Positions 23,390 to 34,729 of a stretch of 47,501 nt of DNA are shown here, piece by piece. The notes under the pieces were generated by a model. The model did no database searches and was not told the origin of the DNA. It saw only the letters and a program-made list of their open reading frames with translations. Position 1 is the first letter of the stretch. Each line of letters begins with the position of its first letter. This DNA is from Octopus bimaculoides (taxonomy: Eukaryota), in assembly GCF_001194135.2 (NCBI RefSeq), contig NC_068983.1, positions 48,014,944 through 48,062,444 of the forward strand, written 5' to 3'. The translations under genes were made by a program, and so were the position numbers.

Positions 23390-24300
23390 AAGTTTTGTGC
23401 ACATCTTTTCGGTAAGCAGCATTTTCATATTATTCTACGAAGTCGCATTCAGCTCTGTTCACTTCTTCGATTAAACACTGAAATCTCTTTCATGCTTGTA
23501 CCAAACGGTCTTTATTCATTTCTCTCATCTCCTGGACAATGGCGTACTTCAGAGAGAATCTATAGTGTTGTGAGGATGTCGAATAATCTCCCTTTGAAAA
23601 ACTGCCCAAACAGCCGTTCATGAAATGTAAATCTGGTCAGTTTAGAGATCACCTAATTGATGTTATATTATCGTAAATATTTCCTAACATCCATTCTTAG
23701 ATTATAAGGCCTTTGTGAAGAAGTGCTAAGTATTGTTGTAACGCGCATGGCCTTTTAATGTATACGTCATCCATCCAGGGTTTAACAACTCTCTTCAGCA
23801 TCTCAGTTTTTGGCATAATTTTAATACCCCTATTGAATGATGTGAGGTGGCTTGTCCTTCGTTACTCACCACTTCTGAAACCATTGCAGTTGCTAGAAAC
23901 TTTGTGCGCATCACTCTGGGGACATTATAAAGATCTACACACAAACGCCTTAAGCTTCTGGTCTTTGTCGAAAGTTTTCTAATCAGAGAAGTACGAAAAC
24001 ATAGCATGTGTGTGAAGGTTTCCAACTTTGTTACGTAACCGCTTGACACATATCAAACGATACTCCTGGGTCTTTACAGAGATATATTGAGCACTTCTTG
24101 GTCCGTACAGCTTGTATCTCATGTCCTCGTGCACTACAGTTGTGATAATCAAATCAGATAACTGGTTCTACACACATAATTTAATAATCTCAGTATAAAG
24201 TACATGCATAAGATCTTGCACACTGCTTGAACCCTGACTGAGAGATATTAAACAAATATCTCCTTTTATGACGAACTGAAAGAAGTAATGACATTATTTA
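23390..24300 (-). mobile_element. Tc1/mariner DD37D (maT-like) transposase remnant
   Basis: Minus-strand fragments VHEDMRYKLY...QYISVKTQEYRLI, NVPRVMRTKFLATAMVSEVVSNEG and a decayed WPPxSPDL-like segment near 23620-23660. Confidence 0.7.
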
Positions 24301-24336
24301 CCGGCAAAATGCTTGCGAAGTAGTATTATAAATATT

Positions 24337-24783
24337 CCTTTCTACTCTAGGCACAAGGCACAACATTTTTGGGAAGGGAGCTAGTCAATTAGATCGACCC
24401 AGTATGCAACTGGTACTTAATTTATCGACTCCGAAAGGATGAAAGCCAAAGTCGACCTCGGCGGAATTTGAACACAGAACGTAACGACAGACAAAATACC
24501 GCAAAGCATTTCGCCCGGCGTGCTAACTTTTCTGCCAGCTCGTCGCCGGTAGTAGTATCATAAATATTGATTCATAAGGTGGGTAACTGGTAACAACGTC
24601 AGTACGCTAGATGAAATGCTTAGCGGCATTTCTTCTGTGTTTAAGTTCTGAGTTCAAATTCTGCCGAGGCCAACTTTACATTTCATCCTTTCATGAGTCG
24701 ATAAAATAAGTACCAGTTGAGTACTGGAGTGAATGTAATCAACTGACTACTTTCCCACAAAGTTCAGGCCTTATACCTACAGT
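24337..24783. mobile_element. Head-to-head pair of third-family SINEs (24337-24548 minus, 24590-24783 plus)
   Basis: Both copies are homologous to the 13279 copy, in opposite orientation, about 40 bp apart. Confidence 0.8.
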
Positions 24784-25155
24784 TGGCACTCCGTCGGTTA
24801 AGATGACGAGGGTTCCAGTTGATCCGATCAACGGAACAGCCTGCTCGTGAAATTAACGTGCAAGTGGCAAGGCGCGTGTACCCTTAACGTAGTTCTCGGG
24901 GAGATTCAGCGTGACACAGAGTGTAACAAGGCTGACCCTTTGAAATACAGGTACAACAGAAACAGGAAGAAATAGTGAGAGAAAGTTGCGGTGAAAGAGT
25001 ACAGCAGGGTTCGACACCATCCCCTGCCGGAGCCTTGTGAAACTTTAGGTGTTTTCGCTCAATAAACACTCACAACGCCCGGTCTGGGAATCGAAACTGC
25101 GATCCTACGACCGTGAGTCCGCTGCCCTAACCACTGGGCCATTCCGCCTCCACAG
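24784..25155 (-). mobile_element. tRNA-derived SINE (7182 family) nested in the tail of another SINE
   Basis: Near-identical to 7182-7568. TSD acctacagt at 24775-24783 and 25156-25164; the host SINE tail resumes as agtagaaagga. Confidence 0.88.
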
Positions 25156-25489
25156 ACCTACAGTAGAAAGGACTATATATACTTCAGTATGAGGCGACTG
25201 GCCGGCAGAACCGTCAGTACGCCAGAAAAAATGCTCAGCGGCATTTCGTCTTTCACACTTTCATACAAATTAACAATTTCCCATAAGTTTAACGATTTCT
25301 ATGTCAGAAAAAACAAACATCTTCGGTAAAATTCAGAATATCCGAACAATTCGTAAATTAGGAGAGCAAATCAGGTCGGAATACAGTGCCTGGTGATCCC
25401 TCGGCGTTCATAGCAAAGGCCTGTTTTATTAACACACGAACCTCACTGAAACATTTCTTGGAGAAAAAATATTACACCTAGTTTTTTTT

Positions 25490-25800
25490 TTAATTTTATG
25501 CGCCCTTTTAAAGCCTAGCCAGGCTCATGGGCCCGATTTCCCGGTTTCTATGGCGTATGTGTTCCTCCCAGCTAGACGGGACGCAATTCCATCGCAGCGG
25601 TACTCAAGTAACAGGAAGAAAGAGTGAGAGAAAGTTGTGGTGAAAGAGTACAACAGGGTCGTCTGCTCCCTGCCGGAGCCTCGCAGAGCTTTAGGCGTTT
25701 TCGCTCAATAAACGCGCACAACGCCCGGTTTGGAAATCGGAACCACGATCCTCCGACCGCGAGTCCGCTGCCATAACCACTGGGCCATTGCGCCTCCACA
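25490..25800 (-). mobile_element. tRNA-derived SINE, chimeric: head and body of the 7182 family, tail of the 2052 family
   Basis: 25600-25800 matches 7370-7568; 25490-25605 matches the reverse complement of 2270-2370. Confidence 0.8.
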
Positions 25801-26355
25801 TCATACCTAGTTACGTTCCAGTTATTATTACATATAGATATTTTTATGCACTAGTTTTCTATATTTAAACGGAGTTTAAAGCTGTTCAAGCTGTCTAAAA
25901 ACAGGCAAATAACTGCCTTATAACCAATGTTGCTATATATATATAGCGGAAATGGTAGCCGTTACATTTAATAGAGTGGGGAAACATACAATACCGGAAT
26001 TTCTTGTGAGATATTTGGAGCTACATTAAGTAGAATTATTTGGCGGTGAAATTGGTAGAATTTATTTCTCATAAATCAGTCAACGATTCGTAGGCAGCTA
26101 ACTGAACGGTCCTACCGACTATCTGACAGCAGTATCACAACAACCAGATATCTAGCAGTTACTAAACGCAAGCAACTTTTACAGTGCAAAGGACCTCCGT
26201 CGCTATTCATCAACAACATGATAGATACACATTATTTCAGTTATAGAACAGGACATGTTAAACATATCAAATAAGATACATAATTAAAAATTCTAAAGCA
26301 GGAATATAAATCCATAATTTTACGATTTGTCTCTATTGAAAGTATATTATTAACT

Positions 26356-26658
26356 GGCGCATGGCTCAGTGGTCAGAGCGACGATCGTACGACCGTGAGG
26401 TTGTGAGTTCGAATCTCGGACCGGGTTGCGTGTTGAGTTCTTGAGCAAGACACTTTATTTCATGTTGTTCCAGTTCACTCAGCTGTAGAAATGAGTTGCG
26501 ATGTCACACTTGCCAAGCTGTATCGGCCCCTTTGCCTTTCCCTTGAATAACATCGGTCTTCCATAAACAACCTTGCCCGGACTTGTGCCTTGGAGGGTAA
26601 CTTTCTAAGTGAAATCCCATGGTCATTTGTAACCGAAGGTGGGGGGGGGGGGGGGGGG
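26356..26658 (+). mobile_element. tRNA-derived SINE ending in a G18 run
   Basis: Head ggcgcatggctcagtggtcagagc...gagttcgaatctcggaccggg; body ttcttgagcaagacactttatttcatgttgttccagttcactcagctg shared with the 2052 copy. Confidence 0.8.
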
Positions 26659-27099
26659 CTCCGCACGATTATTAACTGGACGTCTCATCATACAAGAGTG
26701 TGCACTTTACAATGAAGGCTCACATACATTAACTGTATATAGACATCATACAAGGCTACGCTTTTGTGTAAACAAGCAGTATTGCATATATGTACATAAG
26801 CAAGTGTTTGGCTCTGTTTCTGTATTTTCTTCACAATTGTGATGATGTCCTTTTAAACTGTTTTGTGGTAGGTAAAGGCATGGCTATACGGTTAAGAAAC
26901 TCGTTTTTCAATCACGTGGATTCGTGTTCGTTCTAACTGCGCGCCACCATGGGCTAATGCCTTATACTAGAGTATAGGGCCGGCCAATGCTGTGTCAATT
27001 AACTTCATAGGCGGAAAATTTGTATAACCCATCACACCCACATGTCCCCCCACACCCACACACACGTCCTGGGGTGGATTTCTTCGACTAAACCCTTCG

Positions 27100-27530
27100 G
27101 TTCTTTCTGATTTGGCGGGCGCCACTTTTTATTTATGTTTCATTTAGTGTGTTTTCTACCGAAACACTTCAAAACTTCGTATTCATGTATATTTTGTCTT
27201 ATAGAACAGAGAAAAAAATTTTATATTCGAAGTTATTTCATGTAAAAGTTGTCGTATTCCGGTAATTTCAACCAATCACTGACGTCTATTGAGGTGAAAG
27301 CAATTACTGTTGTGGAATGTAAACAAAACGTTCTAGCGGTGTAATGAGATCTCTTCCCTTGAATAAAATTAGTGCCGTTGTTTGTCAACAACACCTATCG
27401 GCGGTACTGTTATTTATGACATCGTTCGTGCGTTTGTACTGGTTTTAGCTTTAGGGTATTTTGGGTTAGGGTTCAGGATTTAGAGTTAGGGTTAGGGTTT
27501 GGCAAAAATACTCATAACCCTAACCCTAAC
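27100..27530. mobile_element. Truncated relative of the 10423 MITE
   Basis: Shares ttatttcatgtaaaa.ttgtc.tatt.c..taatttcaaccaatcactgac and degenerate TTAGGG/CCCTAA repeats at about 27450-27530. Confidence 0.65.
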
Positions 27531-27914
27531 TTGTTCTCTATATTGAGTTCATAGGGATTTTGTTGGGAGTATAATTTATTGAAGAACAGGAAGATTTGTA
27601 TGAACCAGTTTTAATTAGCCTGAGGCAGACCTGTAGTAGATAAGATGTACAATTGATGAAATGGCGATTTGCAACGAAAGGACATTGACATAGTTTTCTC
27701 ATCGATTGATTGACAGAACGATTAATCAGAAACTTGATTAGTTAATTGGTTAAATTCACAAATAAAATGGATAAACTAATGAAAATGAACCAGTGCGTGT
27801 GTTTATCATTGAGGTAACGACCCTCTCCGAACATAACAGAATACGTTTCAAGACAAAACTTGAGAACAAAATATTTGCAAACCAAATACAAAAACGAAAT
27901 ACGTTATATTCCAC

Positions 27915-28092
27915 TTCTATATTTAAGAGATGAGTAATTATGTACATTATTTGCATTATTTACATTCAACGGATATTTGTCCTCATCTTGTTTGTTGTTA
28001 ACACAACGTTTCGGTTGATATACCCTCCAGCTTTCATCAGGTGTGTTGGAGAAATTTCGAACCTGGGTTTTCATTCCTAAGGTATTTTTCGA

Positions 28093-28124
<32 letters not shown>

Positions 28125-28218
28125 GTAGTAGTAGTAGTGGTATTCAGGTCTCTGCCTGGAATCGAACTCAGAATCTTGGTGTTAGTAGCCCACGCTCTTA
28201 ACCACTACGCCATATGCC
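27915..28218 (-). mobile_element. Second copy of the composite tRNA-head/hammerhead element
   Basis: Same three-part order as 20925-21225, with B-box GAGTTCGATTCC. An extra direct tail copy lies at 28220-28420 and an inverted tail fragment at about 28421-28512. Confidence 0.65.
28000..28045 (-). ncRNA. Minimal type I hammerhead, family A
   Basis: Minus strand CACAC-CTGATGA-A-AGCTG...CAACC-GAAAC-GTT-GTGTT. Canonical core, helix II partly mismatched. Confidence 0.6.
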
Positions 28219-28351
28219 CAAAATTCATGAATTTTATGAAAGACATATACGCTACCGTTCTATATTTAAGAGATGAGGAATTATATACATTATTTACATT
28301 ATTTACATTATTTACATTTCAGGAATATTTGTCCTCATCTTGTTTGTTGTT

Positions 28352-28397
28352 AACACAACGTTTTGGCTGATATACCCTCCAGCTTTCATCAGGTCTC
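28352..28397 (-). ncRNA. Minimal type I hammerhead, family A, mutated
   Basis: Minus strand GAGAC-CTGATGA-A-AGCTG...CAGCC-AAAAC-GTT-GTGTT; the conserved G12 is replaced by A. Confidence 0.5.
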
Positions 28398-30122
28398 TTG
28401 AGGAAATTTCGAACCTGGGTCAAATGTAAATAATATAAATAATGTACATAATTCCTCATCCCTTAAATATAGAACAGCATCATATATGTCTTTCATAAAA
28501 TTCATGAATTTCGAATAAAAAATTCAAAATATATGAAAATGAGAAATGTTTTCTGCAAGGAATTTCGATCTCGTATTCTCAAAGATTGTTTCTATGAGAG
28601 CCACATTCATATCATTTTATCCATTCGAGTTGTGTGAATATTATCTACCAACATAGCACGTTCCCTATTGCTAATGGCGTATTATACAATAAAATATTTT
28701 GGATGATATATTATTATATCATGTATAGAATATACTATAATCATCCATGATGAAGCTAAATATTGCATTGCATATTATTGGATATTGAATATTATGTTAA
28801 GAATGAATTTCGATAAGCATTTCAGGAACTCAATTTGAATGTAGTTTACATTTGATAGCATAATTCATTCTATGAAAGAGAGGTAGATATTGTAAATTAG
28901 CGTGTGAATGTGAATATATACATACATATGTAGGGAATGTGTATGTATACCTCTGTGTGTCATTGTATGTGTGTATGGGCGGGAAGTTGCAAGTGAGATC
29001 AGCTCAGCGAATATCAAGATATTTATGAAGTTCAACTTCAGTAACCCTGGCAATTATAGTATAAATTTTAGTCGCAACTACATTCCGAAATAGCTACAAA
29101 TGAAAGAGTGAACTAGTAATGTCAGGTAATAAATCATTTAATAATACGTGAAGACACTTATAAGCTTAGTTTTCAGTGCAGTGATCGTAGGATATCGAGA
29201 AACAGATCAAACGTCGTAATATGGACTTAAATAACATTTCATATGGAGGCTATCGAGTTTCATTTGTATTATTTTCAAGTTAGTGTTGCTACTAACATCA
29301 TAGAAATTTGTTTGAGAAAACGAACTATTATGCAGAATTGCAAATGTTCAGAAAAACGGAAGTAAATTATGGATATACGCTTGCTCAAATAGCACAAAAG
29401 CAAATCTTCATTTCTTATTCATCAACCTAAAGTGGATTAACAACATGATGAACTTGGAAGCTCACAGCGGTTTTCAGAAATTCATTCTGGTTATCGAATC
29501 GTGTCCAGTAACGGGTGTCCTAATCTGCGTGTCAATAAAACCCAAATCAATCCCAATCTCAATACACAATATTACTGGACTACGAGGAATAACAATGAGG
29601 AAATGTATGACCAGTTCGTCATCAAGATATAAATTAGATTTGCAGAGCTTTAAACAGATAATGGAAGCTGCATATAGAAATTTGCATTCTGCTCGTTCAA
29701 AATCGAGGTATTAGCATCTTGGAAATTTACACTGACAAATTTGAAACTATCAAGGAAGCAGTTCTTCAGAAGAAATATGAATTCTTCAAAACGAAGCAAT
29801 AGCAAAATAGGAAAAAGTACAAAATAACTCATTAGTACATTGGAAACGAGGCAACAAAACAAAACAAAAAGAACAAACAAATAGATCACATTAGACACTT
29901 GGTTTAACAACGAGTAATTATTTTTTGGTATGATAAAGGTGTTAATGAAATGATTGACAGAAAAAAGGAAAACTGAAAATAAAATTAAAATCTTCGAACA
30001 ATTTAGGGTGGACCCCGCCGAACATAGCCTGCAAGTCGTTAAAATCTGTTATAGATTGCAAATTGAATACGAAAGTAACTTCAGAGCAGATGAAATAACT
30101 GAGTCTGTGAGTTTAAAAATCC

Positions 30123-30300
30123 TTTCTACTAAAAACACAACGCTTGAAATTTTAGGGGAGGAGGCCACAGTGTTTCATAATCCGACAGGATGAAATTGCA
30201 AGTCGACGTCGGTGGGATTTGAACTCAGAACATACAGACGTATGAAATGCCGCAATGCATTTTGCACAGGCACGCTAACGATTCTGCTAGCTCACCAACG
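30123..30300 (-). mobile_element. Third-family SINE copy
   Basis: ctttctact...gtcgacgtcggtgggatttgaactcagaac...cacgctaacgattctgctagctc. Confidence 0.7.
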
Positions 30301-30302
30301 TG

Positions 30303-30318
30303 AATAATAATAATAATG

Positions 30319-30395
<77 letters not shown>
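30303..30395. repeat. (AAT)n microsatellite; similar arrays at 21083-21163, 31300-31352 and 32550-32622
   Basis: Direct inspection. Confidence 0.95.
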
Positions 30396-30396
<1 letters not shown>

Positions 30397-30454
30397 CCCG
30401 GATGCAGTACCAGGCAGTGGTTCTCATGACTTCTGATCTTAATTGATTGGGGCA

Positions 30455-31290
30455 ACATATTAAAGAACAGCAGCATAAACAACAAAATGAAACCATCGAT
30501 CATGTCGTCTTCATTTGCAGTCTTGCACTTACAGAGTATCTCAACAGGCATGATTGAGCAGCATAATATATTCCTTGGGTAATGTGCAAAGATTTGGACC
30601 TGCCCCTTGATAAAAGCAAACCACAGCCAGTGCTTGAAAATGATCACACCTTACTCTTTTGGACCTTCATCGATCAAACTGACAAAGATAGATGCAAATA
30701 AGCAAGACATTATATTCAAGGCTTTCAAGAAAAAGTCATGCCTCCTCATGGATATCATTGTTCCAATCGACATAAATCTGGCTGTCAAGACCTACCAAAA
30801 ACGAGGAAAATATAAAAATCTTGAAATTGGCAAACTGTGGAACCTCAAGAGTAAAACAAGATCCGTTGTCATAGGTGTTATAGAAATAATAGGAAATGGG
30901 GTAGATTACTACCTAACGCAGATACCAAGAAATCCCAAAATGAAGGAAATTCAAATAATAATGTTCATGGGAACTGCCCATATCCTACATACAATATTGT
31001 CTATATCATCCCCAAAATATTTCAGTCCGTAATCAGTATCAAAATACTTTTAAACGTACATAACAGCAAACAAATGTTAGTGTCATCTTAACTATCATAT
31101 TATAATCAAATTACTTTTAAAACAAACTTCTAATTTACTTATGTTTTGACAGACATTCTGTTGAACAATAGTTCATGTAAAACCAAATATTTGGCGCCCA
31201 AATCATGACACTAAATCGAACTTCTGACTTGTCTCTTGAGGTCTTTAGGTGAGACTTGGAGTCAACTTGTACAAATATAAAGCAAAAGTC
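30455..31290 (+). mobile_element. 3-prime end of an R4/Dong-like RLE LINE
   Basis: ETIDHVV...C..L..TEYLNRHD (CCHC knuckle region), KPQPVLEND, DANKQDII, LLMDIIVP, K.GKYKNL, LWNLK, VVIG, followed by a UTR and an (AAT)n array. Confidence 0.85.
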
Positions 31291-31300
31291 ATACAACAAC

Positions 31301-31353
<53 letters not shown>

Positions 31354-31529
31354 TTTCGACACTTCCACATGTCCAAAATAATCATCTCAATCTACTTCAT
31401 GTCGAAATACTGTTCATTCGGTAACAGTCGCACACTTTGTATCGTTTCTTTACTTTCAGGAGGAGTAACATCAATCCTTAAATAATGATGATGATGATGA
31501 TGTTGATGATGACGACGACGATGATGATA

Positions 31530-32551
31530 AATGCCCTGACGCAGTACAATGCAATGGCTCGCATGGCTTCTGATCTTAACTGATTGGAAGTGTTATCATG
31601 TACATTATTTTGTCTTGGTACAAAAGATGGGTCACAGCAAATATTCTGCTTAATACCACAGGTTTGCTTGTCAGTTGCTTGACCTTAACCAGTTGAGCAT
31701 GTCCCTTAGTGGTTGACGATATGTGCATCTCTGATCACGAGCAAAAGTAATGGGGGACCATCATTGCCATGTGTTGAGAGGAATTATTTGGGGTTTGGAT
31801 AATTCCCCTCTGGAAAGATGGGTGTTTTGTTCAACATCCTTAGACAACCCTTATTCAAGGACCTTTTGAGCGGGAAGGGCTACTCGTCCTGGAGAAAATT
31901 GTAACTGGGTCCCACTTACCAGTTCCTGCACTGTATATCTTGATATGAGATCACCATGTAGCGCACATATGGTTGTGATGCATGTGCCTGGTTGTGATGA
32001 TGGAAAGTTGGGTGTCTTGTTCAACAGTGACTCTCATGGCTTCTAATCTTAACTGACCAGAAGTGTTATTATGTACATTTTTGGGTGTCGGTATAAAAGA
32101 TGGGCTACAGCAAATATTCTACTCAATACCACAGATTTGATTGTCAGTTTTTTTTTCACCTTAACCAGTTGAGCATTTCCCTTAGTGACTGACAATACGT
32201 GCATCTCTGATCAGGAACAGAATCAGTGGGGGAGCATCATAGCCATGTGTTGAGAGGAATACTTTAGAGTTTGGATAATCCATCTCTGGAAATATTGGTG
32301 TTTCATTCAACATCCTTAAACAACACTTATTCAGGGACCATTTGAGCGAGATGGGCTATTCGCCCTGAAGAAAATTCTAACTGGCCCACCTGCCAGGTCA
32401 TGTGGTGTTTATTTTCATATGAAATCACCATGTTGGGCACATATGGTTGTGATGCATGTGCCTGGTGTATCCTTATCAGACGGATTATGATGATGGGTAT
32501 ACTTGGCTTCGTATATTTTATCCCAGTGCCACTTTGATGGCACTGGGATAA
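31530..32551 (-). repeat. Two diverged tandem copies of an interspersed repeat bounded by trinucleotide microsatellites
   Basis: 31530-31992 and about 32028-32551 align along their length; the same terminus also appears at about 30395-30455. Confidence 0.7.
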
Positions 32552-32571
32552 TAATAATAATAATAAATAAT

Positions 32572-32623
<52 letters not shown>

Positions 32624-32624
32624 C

Positions 32625-32720
32625 ATGCTACACCAGGCTCCAATCTGATTTGGCAGAGTTTCTACAGCTGGATGCCCTTCCTAACGCCAGCCACTCCGAG
32701 AGTGTAGTGGATGCTTTTAC
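32625..32720. mobile_element. Fragment of an RTE-associated short repeat
   Basis: Motif ctggatgcccttcctaacgcc, recalled from RTE-related non-coding repeat segments. Confidence 0.45.
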
Positions 32721-33053
32721 CTGCCTTTTACGTAAATAGGACGAACTCCTCTTTGGACAACCTATTCTATAAGGTCTATAAAACTGTAGAAATTCATGAT
32801 ATATTTCACTCCTCGATATGTGCAATTCTTCTTACACTCGAAATCCAAACAGTTAATACACTTGAAGCTGAATCCATCCTCTCCCTGCAATGTGATAGGT
32901 TTAGCATACTAAACCTGTCATTCATTGCAGCTGAGATTTTTTAACATCACAATACACAATAGCGTCCAGCGAGAGCTCGAGAAAATTCTCCGTAGCAATC
33001 AGAGTGGACTGATGTAGAATCATTCAAAACTCGTCTAGTATTAAATATGAAAG

Positions 33054-33260
33054 CCGGCGAGCTGGCAGAAACTTGCACGCCGGGCGAAATGCTTAGCGAT
33101 ATTTCGTCTGTCTTTACGTTCTGAGTTCAAATTCTGCCGAGGTCGACTTTCGCTTTCATCTTTTCGGGATCGATAAAGTACTTGTTGTGTACTGGGATCG
33201 ATCTAATCGACTGTCCCCCACCCAATAAATTTTCGGGTATTGTGTATAGAGTAGAAAAGA
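33054..33260 (+). mobile_element. Third-family SINE copy
   Basis: ggcgagctggcagaaac...gaaatgcttagcgatatttcgtctgtctttacgttctgagttcaaattctgccgaggtcgac. Confidence 0.85.
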
Positions 33261-33326
33261 ACATTAACTATCATACAAATTATAGAGAAATGTTTTAGCA
33301 AAGACTATTTTTGCTATTCGGTTATT

Positions 33327-33425
33327 CGAGGTCTTCGCTAGAGCATTTGATTCGTTATACAAAGGTAATATCCAACAAATTGTGCTAGACTACGGAATCT
33401 TTCAAGAGGATGAAAATGCAATAAT
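33327..33425 (+). mobile_element. Short RTE-X-like reverse transcriptase fragment
   Basis: VFARAFDSLYKGNIQQIVLDYGI...NAII resembles DFSKAFDSIHRGKM.QILLAYG...AIM. Confidence 0.5.
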
Positions 33426-34501
33426 CTGGTCTAACTTACGTCAACCCTACATCATAACATATTTTTAACTGCATTCAACAATCTATTTTCATCTTGTTAC
33501 TATACCCAACTCATCATACCATGGTTAAACACTATTTACTTTCCTTGCAAACCCAGAACAATTAAATATATACTCTTTGCCCTAGTTTTAGACCAGACAA
33601 GGATACCCAGAAAATTTAATATTATGTGAATTTACTAGTAGAACCACTAAAAAAGTGAATGGATCCATTATCACATTCAAAAATACTTTTCTTTACATAA
33701 TCACCATGGTAGTGAATGTTGTTTTCTTTTATAAAAGAAATTAAATAGTGCTAAGACCAAATATTCAAACATATCTGAATCTTTTACAATCGGATTCCTC
33801 TTAACAGATACAATTAATATTTTCAGGTTAATAACATTGCAAAATTTAATTCTATAATCCTTCCAGAATATCATTTTCTCAGTATATTTTACACAGTCTT
33901 AAGATTGTCAATATGTTTTACTCAATTCAATCAGCGATCATTATCAAGATAATTATTCGTGGATTTCAGATTAGATGTGAAAATAGTAATAACCTTATCT
34001 ATCAGCCTGTTGGTTAACAGCATTGCTATAGCTGGGTTCTTATGCACATTGCTGTGACCTAACCAAAAAAGGCTATTGTTACATTTACTTTAAATAAGAA
34101 AATTTCTACTTAGAGTAGAACTTAGTGTTATATACATATCCTGATGGATAACATTCTCTGTCGATCACGAATAGATAGGTCAAAACTTACAATAAGTATA
34201 AATACCGGAAATAGTCTCGACAAAGACTGATTAGTCTGGAAAACTTAAATTTAATCAACAACACATCTAGGTTTCTCTGGTCAATAGAAATAATTTTGTG
34301 CAGCGCTGGCATCGAATCCAATGTAAAACAACTGATTAGGAAACAGCAACAGACAAGAGCTAATGTGGTGCGACTTCGTTATATAACTATATCACTACAG
34401 TTGTATAGTTATTTGGAGGTACAACATTCAAATAATATTTTGTTCGCCAAATATTGGTGAACTATTAATGTGGAAGACAGTATAAATAATAAATTTAAAA
34501 T

Positions 34502-34729
34502 TAGTCGTTCTCAACCAGGGTCCATAAAAGATTTTGTAGTTAAAATTTGTGCAATAAACTGGTTGTCCATCTACAATTCACAAAGTATTTAAACAGTTTT
34601 TTTTTATACAATCACTAATGATATTTAATTATAAAAATATATTAGTGTTTTTGTTTGTGACATTGGGATCCAGTAGAGTTAAATAGGAATCAAATGAGTT
34701 TCATAAACAAAAATAATTGAGAAACACTA
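34502..34729. mobile_element. hAT-like MITE
   Basis: TIRs tagtcgttctcaa / ttgagaaacacta (compare cagtggttctcaa); approximate 8-bp TSD tttaaaat / atttaaat. Confidence 0.5.

Noticed and set aside
28140-28218. tRNA gene
   Set aside because: A and B boxes are present but there is no complete acceptor stem; this and the other tRNA-like segments are SINE heads.
29445-29800. Protein-like open stretches in several frames
   Set aside because: No recognisable domain, no consistent splice signals.
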